A stretch of 64,000 nucleotides of DNA from contig CAVSYN010000024.1 of assembly GCA_963732115.1 (NCBI GenBank), forward strand, positions 66,431-130,430, in the 5' to 3' direction. Source of the DNA: an uncultured Bacteroidales bacterium (GTDB lineage Bacteria; Bacteroidota; Bacteroidia; Bacteroidales; VadinHA17). Below the pieces are notes generated by a model. That model had not been told where the DNA came from. It saw nothing but the letters and a program-made list of their open reading frames with translations, and made no database searches. The position numbers and the translations under genes were made by a program. Shown in pieces: positions 18,873 through 27,384 of the stretch (the stretch's first letter is position 1; each line of letters opens with the position of its first letter).

Positions 18873-20165
18873 TTATTTCAGATCATACAGCATCCTGAGG
18901 ACTTTCTTAACTACAAGATCTGAAGATCCTATCTCAAACCATGTTGATGTGACCTCATATCCTCCCTCCTTATATAATTCAGCCGGAGGCAGATAGCCGC
19001 TGTAACCGTTACAATGAGTTATTATGAAGGTGTTCCTGAAGGGAGATCCCGATTTTATTTCCATGCCAATTTCAGTAAGCATCTCAACATTAAATCCCAC
19101 AAAAGCCACATCATCTCCGATTCTCGCGACAGTAATATTAACAGGTACGGTTGAAGGCTGTGGCTGTTCCAGTGTGTTGCTTTTTTCGGTAGTTTTTTTG
19201 CGTGGGCACTCAAGGGTGGCGAAGGCAGTACTGATCTTTCCGCCAGGATTAACTTCCTCTATGTTTCTGAAAACATGTATCACTTCCTCTCCAAGCAGTG
19301 TCCCCAACAAAACAGGTTCAGGTATCCAGCCCGGCTCGGTATTGAATTCAGGAAGGACACGGTACCACGGGTCAATATTACCTGACGCACCGGCAAAAAC
19401 CGGTGTAATAAGCCCCTTGCCGAGGATCTTTTCCGTAAACTGAGCTGATAATCCAAGAACATCACCGCTGACCTGCATATTTTGCGGACCAAGGGAGGTT
19501 GAATGAGTGGCATAATCAAAAAGTACTCCAGCCGGTGTTCCATCCTCAGCTGCAATTTTCATGACGAGTACTTCCTTATCAGTTGGACCATATGGATTTC
19601 TTCCAAGGGTAATTGATCCGTCAGGTCTCATTTCACGCCGGTTTGCACCAACAGGTGAATAACCTTTACCTGTGCCTGTCTGAACTGGTTTCATATCACC
19701 CAAAGCCTCCCCGATTGCAATTAGGAGTTTTTGCTCCAGCGTTTTGGTATATTCAATATTATTGGGATCTCCCGATCCGGCATCAAGTGAAAGAATTGGA
19801 GAGCTATGGGAATGAATTGTAGTAAGGAATAGTTCGGATTCCTTCAATTTGAATTTATCCAGAATGCTTTTCTGAAGAACCGGAAATACATCACTGCCAT
19901 ATGAACCAATATCAGTGGAAACCAGAATGATTTTATTCCCGTTGTTTTCGAAAGCTGCCACCCTCACTGACAATGGATCATGGATTCCTTCGGAATAAGC
20001 CTTTCTTGAGGCATAGCCATATAATTTGACCGGAAGAGAAGGTGTAATGTCTGCCTTTGCAAAACCTGCATGAAGTATCCCGGAATTTAAATCAGGCTGG
20101 TTAGCCTGACCTGCTGAAATCATGCATATTAATGGGAGAAGAATGATAATAAGTATCCTTTTCAT
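18873..20165 (-). CDS. neutral/alkaline ceramidase-like hydrolase (secreted)
   Basis: About 430 aa with signal peptide MKRILIIILLPLICMISAG. N-terminal AGFAKADITP...GYA block and a HSHSSP metal-site-like motif, typical of the neutral ceramidase fold. Confidence 0.6.
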   Translation of the reverse strand: MKRILIIILLPLICMISAGQANQPDLNSGILHAGFAKADITPSLPVKLYGYASRKAYSEGIHDPLSVRVAAFENNGNKIILVSTDIGSYGSDVFPVLQKSILDKFKLKESELFLTTIHSHSSPILSLDAGSGDPNNIEYTKTLEQKLLIAIGEALGDMKPVQTGTGKGYSPVGANRREMRPDGSITLGRNPYGPTDKEVLVMKIAAEDGTPAGVLFDYATHSTSLGPQNMQVSGDVLGLSAQFTEKILGKGLITPVFAGASGNIDPWYRVLPEFNTEPGWIPEPVLLGTLLGEEVIHVFRNIEEVNPGGKISTAFATLECPRKKTTEKSNTLEQPQPSTVPVNITVARIGDDVAFVGFNVEMLTEIGMEIKSGSPFRNTFIITHCNGYSGYLPPAELYKEGGYEVTSTWFEIGSSDLVVKKVLRMLYDLK

Positions 20166-20259
20166 GTACACTATAGGTTAAGTTAATCTTTTAAGGCTGC
20201 CTTCAAATTTAAAGTATTTCTGATAAATTTTAAACCACACTTTGTAAATTTGCGGCTGA

Positions 20260-20493
20260 ATGCATCATAAAATGGAGCAAACTGGCAAGATTCTGATTTT
20301 CGCGGGCATCATCCTGGTCATAGCAGGGATAATAATTTATTTTGCAGGAGATAAATTAAGCTGGCTAGGGCATCTGCCGGGCGATATAAGAATTGTAAAG
20401 GAAAATGTCAGGTTTTATTTTCCAATCACGACAATGATCATTATAAGTGTAGTCATTACACTTATAATTTACCTTATAAGAAAGATTTTCTAA
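20260..20493 (+). CDS. DUF2905-like small membrane protein
   Basis: 77 aa with two TM helices flanking LGHLPGDIRI...FYFPI. The start could be ATG at 20272. Confidence 0.7.
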   Translation: MHHKMEQTGKILIFAGIILVIAGIIIYFAGDKLSWLGHLPGDIRIVKENVRFYFPITTMIIISVVITLIIYLIRKIF

Positions 20494-20513
20494 ATGGAGC
20501 TGGTCATAAAGTC

Positions 20514-20553
20514 AACCACCCCGTCGTGACCGAAGTGTCGGGACAGGGTGGTT
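20514..20553. terminator. 17-bp imperfect hairpin with AACCAC/GTGGTT base, between convergent genes
   Basis: AACCACCCCGTCGTGAC-CGAAGT-GTCGGGACAGGGTGGTT. 14 Watson-Crick pairs plus 1 G.U out of 17. A-run after the stem. Shares the GTGGTTAA terminus with the palindromic elements at 42387, 61656 and 63681. Confidence 0.55.
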
Positions 20554-20563
20554 AAAAAAGTGC

Positions 20564-21188
20564 TTATCTTTCCGGTGGTTTACTGCTATTTTCCTCAAGC
20601 CACTTCTTCTGTTCCGGAGTGAGCAGGTCCATTATGTTATACGCGGTTGGATTCCCTCAGAGTTTTCATTTTTGCCATCATTTCATCCCTGAGTTTCCTC
20701 ATCTCATCCTGCTGTTTCTGTCTTAGCCCTTCAATATCCTTCTTTTGTCTGTCAGTTAGTCCCGGAATATTTCCAAACATCCACATACCTGGCCTGTTCT
20801 GCCAGACTCTAACGCTATCTCCGTGGAAATACCACATTCCCCTTCCAGGCATCTGACCCAATCCTGGTCCATAGCCTCTCCACATTCTTCCTACCCATGG
20901 GTCTAACCACATCCACCTTCTCATTCCAAAACCCGGACCCGGGAACATATACGGATGCATACGATCCATTCTATAAGGTCCCATGCCGGGCCTCATACCT
21001 CTCATTCTCATAGAATCAGGTCTGGAACTCATCCCCTTGTCCTGATTCATTTCAAAGTTTCTTCTCATTCTGTTCATCCTGACAGAATCGCTCATCATTC
21101 CTCTTGTTCCTCGCTGCGCTTCCAGAGCAAAGCTACCGGTAATTAAGATAAATAGCACTATTCCTGAAATTTTTCCAAATTTTTTCAT
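20564..21188 (-). pseudogene. periplasmic Met/Arg/Pro/Gly-rich protein with two LTxxQ motifs (Spy/CpxP-like); one frameshift near 20640
   Basis: ORF 20637..21188 ends after LTDRQKKDIEGL...KTLRESN. The +1 frame continues AYNIMDLLTPEQKKWLEENSSKPPER to the stop at 20564-20566. Confidence 0.6.
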
Positions 21189-21253
21189 GTTATACTTATA
21201 TCAGTTGTCAACTCTTTTAACTTTAGACAACCAAACCGGATAAGAAATTCCGG

Positions 21254-21285
21254 GAAACCCTGACTTTAACATATGTCAGGGTTTC
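21254..21285 (-). terminator. hairpin downstream of the TIM-barrel gene
   Basis: GAAACCCTGAC-(10 nt)-GTCAGGGTTTC, an 11-bp stem. Confidence 0.45.
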
Positions 21286-21308
21286 GGGAAGAAAGTCCTG
21301 ATTACCTG

Positions 21309-22260
21309 TTAAAGAAATGAAATCCCGTTTTTTCCTCCAACCTGCCTCACATACTCCGCAGCCAGTTTATACTCCTCAGCGCTTTTGAGATGTTCCAGCA
21401 TAAATGGAATGTCTTTTAATTTGCTTGTTTCTTCCAGTAATACTGCATAATCAAGAGAACCAAGACCCGGCCTGACGTTCTTCAAGATGAACCGTAAGTT
21501 CAGGCATTATGATAATGTCCTTGGCATGAACCGATTTAATATATGGTCCCAGTTTAGCAAAGCATTCTCTTATAAATGAAGCATTATTAAAATACCTCTG
21601 TGGGCTTGAGATCATATTCACGGGATCGAGGTGTGCGGCAAACTGCTTCCTGTCAATAGCTTTGATCAGTTCAAGATAACTGTCCGGAGAATCAGGCAGC
21701 ATATATGGCATTGGTTCAAGAGTATAAAAAGAACTCTTTGGTTTGACCTGGTCGATGATTTGCCTGACTGTTTCAACGATAAGGTCGAATGTATCCTTTG
21801 CATAGTTTCCCTGGTATGGTCCATCCCATATTTCGCCCCTTGCTCCTGAAATATTTACACAGCACCTTGCTCCTATCTCATCTGCAAGCTGAAGCATGGC
21901 AATATTCTTGTCTACGGCTGACTTACGTTTCGATTCATCGGGGTCAAGCATATTGTTCCACACTCCTGCCTCTGCAATCAGGATGTTGTTCTTTTCGGCT
22001 TCCTTCCTGACCGATTTGATCATTTCACCTGAAGCCTCCGGCTGGACAGGGCAATAAGCAGCGCTGTAACCCAATGATTTAAGCTCTTTAATCCATTCCA
22101 CGGGATCTGTAAGTTTTTCAAAGACAGGACCACCAAGACGGACAGGATTAAATGATGCCGGTTTTTCCACCGGTTTTAATGCCAAAGGGACACAGCCCAG
22201 GGTTATGGCACCTAAAGCGGCTGTCTTAACGAAGCTGCGCCTGTTGTAATTCTTTTTCAT
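21309..22260 (-). pseudogene. TAT-signal sugar phosphate isomerase/epimerase (xylose-isomerase-like TIM barrel); one frameshift near 21470
   Basis: Start MKKNYNRRSFVKTAALGAITLG (twin-arginine). The listed ORF ends ...HLEERQAGSWFS. The adjacent frame continues PGLGSLDYAVLLEETSKLKDIPFMLEHLKSAEEY...GISFL to the stop at 21309. Confidence 0.75.
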
Positions 22261-22273
22261 ATTATTTCTTCCG

Positions 22274-23407
22274 TTAATAATACCTGCCGATGTATTTGTT
22301 GTCAACAATGAGCTTTTTCATCTCCAGCGGCTCAATCATATCCTGCTTCTTAAAAATTATCTTGCCTCCCGGTTCAATCAGCATTGTAAAAGGCAGGGCT
22401 CCCTGCCAGTCAGGATCAACAGCTTCGATCAGCTCATAAACATCATCCTTGTTAAAGATGTAGTTTTTATTGGAAGCCTCCTGTTTCTTAAGGAATTTGA
22501 GAACATCCTCCTTCTTTTCCTGCTTATCGGCGCTTACCGTTATAAACTCAAATGGACGTCCGCGGTACATTCTGTCAATAATGACAAGATCAGGGAACTC
22601 GGTTATACAGGGACCGCACCATGTTGCCCAGAAGTTAATAAGCCGCAGTTTGTCTGAATTGTTGTTTTTGATAAGATCTTTTATTCCATGTGCATCAATG
22701 GTTTCGAGATTGACTGGCAATTCAGCCCATTGTTTATATAGTTTTTTGGTGTATTCATTTTTCCATGACCATTTGACAGAGCATCCGAATACTTTTGTCA
22801 CCGGGTTTCTTACAGGATTACCGGACAGGACAGCATCAATTGCGTTTCTGACATCTTCACCCTTTCCTGTACCTGGTTTCTCCGATCCATCGACCCGTCC
22901 GGTATATCGAAGGATGCGGTCTCTGTCAAACACAAAGCAATGAGGTGTAGCAATCGGGCCATATGCCAGGGCTGTCTTCTGTTCATCACCATCGTATAAA
23001 TAAGGAAAGGGGAATTTTTTGTCAGCTGCACGCTGCTTCATTTCTTCAAAGCTGTCGCCCATATCTGTATAACCAAGTTCGGAATAATTCAGAGCATCAG
23101 TATTATTGGGTGAAATCATAACAACTTCAACTCCCTTTGGTTTGTAATCCTTTGAAAGGTCAATAATGCGATCTTCATAAGCCTGGGCAGTCGGACAGTG
23201 ATTGCAGCTGAAGATGATCACCAGCACAGATGCTTTGTTGAAATCCTTTAGACTGTATGTTTTCCCGTCAACTCCTTTTAGACTGAAATCAGGAGCTTTA
23301 GAACCTGGTTTAAGAGTCTCAGGCTCAGGGTGTGTTGTCTGGGAAACTACCTTCCCGGGGCAAAGAACGAGGAACAAGAATATTAAAGATGCAAGTATTG
23401 GTTTCAT
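22274..23407 (-). CDS. secreted two-domain thioredoxin-fold (TlpA/redoxin-like) protein
   Basis: 377 aa with a signal peptide. First domain has CNHCP, second has WCGPC. Confidence 0.75.
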   Translation of the reverse strand: MKPILASLIFLFLVLCPGKVVSQTTHPEPETLKPGSKAPDFSLKGVDGKTYSLKDFNKASVLVIIFSCNHCPTAQAYEDRIIDLSKDYKPKGVEVVMISPNNTDALNYSELGYTDMGDSFEEMKQRAADKKFPFPYLYDGDEQKTALAYGPIATPHCFVFDRDRILRYTGRVDGSEKPGTGKGEDVRNAIDAVLSGNPVRNPVTKVFGCSVKWSWKNEYTKKLYKQWAELPVNLETIDAHGIKDLIKNNNSDKLRLINFWATWCGPCITEFPDLVIIDRMYRGRPFEFITVSADKQEKKEDVLKFLKKQEASNKNYIFNKDDVYELIEAVDPDWQGALPFTMLIEPGGKIIFKKQDMIEPLEMKKLIVDNKYIGRYY

Positions 23408-23511
23408 TATTTTGTTTTTTTTAACATGCCATTTGTTATATTCTTAATTGTGAACTGATTCTGGCTGACTATTCAGAATCTATTATAATCCTGACTTAAA
23501 ATTACGATTTT

Positions 23512-23912
23512 TTAAAAAACTAATCCCTGGAGTAAGTACCTGCTACGAGCTTTTTTAAATCTTATATTAAGGTAAATTGATAGTGCCACTGCAAGGAAGG
23601 AATACAAAGTAAACTTATCCACCAATGTGGAATCAAGGTTCATCCCGTAAGCCGGTCGCCAAGGTATTTTACATATGAGTAGGGCAAATTGGTCTCCCCA
23701 AGCTTTTCCAGGACACTGAAATGCCAGTCTGTGAGAGGACAATACCCTAGGGTCCCGACGATCAGACCCAGGAACAGCCACGATCCACCTGTGAGGAGAA
23801 GTGTTACAAGGTTGGCGATCCTGGTTTTCTTCCAGATCCATCCGAACAGATTAAAAAGTATCAGGGATGAATGAAAAACAACAAAAAAGATATCAAGAAA
23901 ACGATAGATCAT
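23512..23912 (-). pseudogene. DUF2784-like membrane protein; one frameshift near 23645
   Basis: ORF 23640..23912 (…GYCPLTDWHFSVLEKLG…GDRLTG) continues in the frame of ORF 23512..23841 (MNLDSTLVDKFTLYSFLAVALSIYLN...). Confidence 0.6.
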
Positions 23913-23976
23913 TTTGACTAAAAACTAATAAGCGGAATTTACTATATTTACAGATAACCTAACACTTATTAAAACC

Positions 23977-24385
23977 ATGAAAATAAAAGTTGTGATCCTT
24001 TTTGCCATTTTACTTGGATTTGCCTGTTCCAATAATCCAAAGTCTTCGGATGCAACTCAGACCGTCACTTCCATTCAGGCTCCTGATTATCAGAAAATGA
24101 TAACTGCACGGGTTTTTATCAAGCCAGGGCTTGAAGATGAATTTATTGAAACTGCAAAAATGATGATTGAGAATTCAAATAAGGAAGAGGGCTGTCCTGG
24201 GATATATGCTTTACCAGGATCCTTATGAAAAGACCAATTTCATTTTTGTTGAAAAATACAAAAACCAGGCTGCGATTGATGCCCATTTTGCAACCGCTTA
24301 CTTCAAGGAATTCGGAACAAAAATAGCAGACATGACATCGAAGCCGACGGAAATTAAAATAATCGATGTGGCTGGTGAAAAGTAA
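23977..24385 (+). pseudogene. antibiotic-biosynthesis-monooxygenase (ABM) domain lipoprotein; one frameshift near 24190-24228
   Basis: Lipobox LLGFACS. ORF 23977..24228 and ORF 24167..24385 together give a complete ABM-like domain (…NKEEGC / LGYMLYQDPYEKTNFIFVEKYKNQAAIDAH…). Confidence 0.6.
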
Positions 24386-24400
24386 GAAAATGATGTGACA

Positions 24401-25234
24401 TTACTTAACCGTTTTATCAAGCGGCCGGCCAAGGCTTTCATAAAGACTTTTCCGGCCTGCTTTGTCTTTCACCAGGATCTCATTAGCGAATTTTGCCACC
24501 TTTTCGGCAACTGCCCTGGGGACAACAACTACACCATCGCCGTCAGCGACTACAACGTCACCGGGACAAACAAGTACTCCGCCAATCGAAACCGGCCGGT
24601 TAACCGATTCAATTTCATTTCTTCCGGGGCGAATTCCGCGTCCTTTATGACGGATATAGAGCGGAACACCCTCAAGGCCAACTTCATCGGTGTCCCTTGC
24701 TCCGGCATCCGTAACAACGCCTGCAGCACCGAGTTTATACCACGACAGGATATTATTCGATCCTATTGAACCGATATCTTTATCTTCTACGTCGTCGATT
24801 ATTACTGCTGTCCCCGGCCTTATCAGCTGCGTAAAAGCTTCTGTGGATATTGTATTGTAAAAATTGCCTTCCCATGCGGCAAATTCTTCTCCCGGAGCAG
24901 GAAGCGCAGGACGCTGTGTAGGAACATAGCGAACAGTCACTGCAATTCCCCTGAATACATGCTTAAAGTCCTTTAAGTCAACCCAGTCGGCATGAATGGC
25001 CGGATCAACAAGTCCTGTGCCGGGCAGACCAACCATATCAAGTCCGTCGGATACATCTGCAACACGCAGGTTCTTATAAAGTTCCAGGATTGTCGCGTCT
25101 TCCTCGGCGGAATATGTAACAGTTTGAATGAAGTTCATGCCTTTCGACATGGTTGCCTTATCTGGTCTCTGAGAATACAAAGGCTGGAAAATCATCACAA
25201 ATAAAGTCAGAAATAAAAAGCCAGTTTTTTTCAT
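24401..25234 (-). CDS. RraA-family (RraA/HMG-aldolase-like) protein with signal peptide
   Basis: 277 aa with C-terminal block GGVLVCPGDVVVADGDGVVVVPRAVAEKV, typical of the RraA fold. Confidence 0.7.
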   Translation of the reverse strand: MKKTGFLFLTLFVMIFQPLYSQRPDKATMSKGMNFIQTVTYSAEEDATILELYKNLRVADVSDGLDMVGLPGTGLVDPAIHADWVDLKDFKHVFRGIAVTVRYVPTQRPALPAPGEEFAAWEGNFYNTISTEAFTQLIRPGTAVIIDDVEDKDIGSIGSNNILSWYKLGAAGVVTDAGARDTDEVGLEGVPLYIRHKGRGIRPGRNEIESVNRPVSIGGVLVCPGDVVVADGDGVVVVPRAVAEKVAKFANEILVKDKAGRKSLYESLGRPLDKTVK

Positions 25235-25381
25235 ATTTATTGGTATTTAAAATTGGACATATTAAATAATGATACAATATACTACTTTTTTGACTTTATC
25301 GAAATAGTGCCGGTGACGGGTAATAAACGAAGTAAGTCGGTCGTTGTAATTGAGAAGGTCCGTGTCGTTATCCTTCAATAA

Positions 25382-25936
25382 ATGAAAAGTGCCCGTATAT
25401 TAAAGAAGTCCAAAGGATTAATTATTGCCCATGTTTTTCTTCTGGGTAGTTTGTCCTTAGCGGTTTCAGGCCAAGGCAAAACCAGCCTCAGTGTCTCATT
25501 GGGCCTTCCTGAACTGATAAATGCGGGACTTCGTTACAACCTTAACCAGTTCCAGGTCGGTGTTAACGCAGGGGTGTTTCCTGATTTTGGCAGCGTACTG
25601 CTCTCAGTTTCAGCTAATTCATATTATCATTTCGCCGGAGAGTCAGATTTCACACGAGTACGTCAGTATTATATAATGTCGGGTATAAATATGCTCCGTT
25701 CAGGAGGGGAAAATCGCTCTGATATGCACCTTTATATTAATTTCCGGGTAGGCAAGGAATTAAATCTGTCAAAGCAGGTTGCTTTTGCAATTGACGCGGG
25801 CATAATCTATCAGTTCTATTACACTTACAGGATCAGCAGCGTGGATAATGGAGCTCCAAACAGCCAGAAAGGTCCGGTTATTTTACCAAGCATCTCACTG
25901 ACATATATCTACAGATATACTTCCAGAAGACGTTAA
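25382..25936 (+). CDS. hypothetical exported protein (possible small outer-membrane beta-barrel)
   Basis: 184 aa with a signal peptide and alternating hydrophobic pattern. Confidence 0.45.
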   Translation: MKSARILKKSKGLIIAHVFLLGSLSLAVSGQGKTSLSVSLGLPELINAGLRYNLNQFQVGVNAGVFPDFGSVLLSVSANSYYHFAGESDFTRVRQYYIMSGINMLRSGGENRSDMHLYINFRVGKELNLSKQVAFAIDAGIIYQFYYTYRISSVDNGAPNSQKGPVILPSISLTYIYRYTSRRR

Positions 25937-26064
25937 GGTTCTGAACTATTTAAATTTTTGTTAAATATGTTAAATAAGTTTAAATCAGGGGCGTCGACAA
26001 CTATTATTTCATAATTTCGGTCGTGATTTCATTGTTTGATTAGCAGGAACTCAATGTATTAATA

Positions 26065-27356
26065 ATGAAAAGAACTACTATAATAACACTTATCATAGTT
26101 TCAGTCGCGGTAATAGGCCTGTTTGCTTTTAACAGGCTTGCCTCAAAAAAAGAAAATGACAATTTATTTGCAGAAGCAGTCAGGGGTGATTTTGAAATTG
26201 CAATTTCAGCATCTGGTGAACTGGAAGCCGAGAACTCTGTGGATATCAAGGCTCCGGAAATAGCTGTAGGCAGGGACTTCCATGCCTCCGAGCTTAAAAT
26301 CTCCGATTTGATTCCCGAAGGGACCGAGGTTAACGGGAAGGAGATTATATTGCTACCATCGATAAAACCCAGCTTGACAATACATTGAAAGATGAGCGTG
26401 AAAGATTGTCAACTTTCTTGACAAATCTGGAAATGAAGAAACTTGATTCTGCAGTGGTACTGACAGGTTTAAGGGACGCGATAAAAAATCAGAGACATAC
26501 AGTTGAAGAGGCTGAAATAACATTGAAAAACTCAAAATTCGAACCTCCTACTACTATCAGGCAGGCAGAAATTGATCTCGACAGGCAAAAAAGGGTCCTC
26601 GAACAAAAGCAAAGGGGATATGCACTCAGGGTTGCCAAGGCCAAAAGAGATATCGCTAACCAGGCAATGTGGTATAACCGGATTGACAGAAGGGTTCAGA
26701 GCCTGGAAGAAGTCCTGGCAGGCTTTGTTATCAAAGCTCCGTCACCAGGTATGGTCGTTTACAAGAAAGACCGTCGTGGTAATAAAATTAAAACAGGTTC
26801 TTCGATCAATCCCTTTGAACGTGTTGTGGCAACACTTCCTGACCTTTCCGTAATGCTCTCCAAAACTTATGTAAGTGAGATCGAAATAAGAAAGGTTGTC
26901 CCCGGTCAGGAAGTCCAGATCAATGTCGATGCTTTTCCCGATAAATCGTTTAAGGGCAAAGTTTCAACGGTCGCTAATATCGGGGAGAAACTACCAAATT
27001 CCGATTCAAAAGTATTCGAGGTAAATATCAGGATCGACGGATTTGATCCTGATTTGCGTCCTTCAATGACAACCGGCAATAAGATAGTCATCAAGACAAT
27101 TAAAGACGTTGTTTATATCCCAACAGAATGCATCCACGCCGGACCGGACGGAATACCATTTGTCTATACCAAGCATAAGACAAGGCAGGTTGTGGTTCCG
27201 GGTGATGCAAATGAAAAGTACATAGTTATCGAGCAGGGATTAAAACCTGATCAGCTGGTCTATGTAATCCAGCCTGAAAATGCTGATAACTTTAGGCTCG
27301 AAGGTGAAGAGCTTAAAATATACTTTAGTGAGCACGCTACTGCAAGTACTAAATAA
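26065..27356 (+). pseudogene. HlyD/efflux periplasmic adaptor subunit; one frameshift near 26340-26385
   Basis: ORF 26065..26388 plus ORF 26385..27356. The junction reads ...PEGTEV-N-GK / EGDYIATIDKTQLDNTL, restored by a 1-nt change in the AACGGG run. No cognate pump gene is adjacent. Confidence 0.75.
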
Positions 27357-27384
27357 CCTGCATCTTACTTACAAATTGCCTTAG

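Noticed and set aside
7438-20171. A sphingolipid-catabolism 'system' linking the GH30 glucosylceramidase-like gene, the ceramidase-like gene and the GMC oxidoreductase/aldehyde dehydrogenase pair
   Set aside because: The genes are 10 kb apart, on different strands, and separated by unrelated operons. Bacterial GH30 enzymes commonly act on beta-glucans or xylans. There is no sequence-level support for a functional link.
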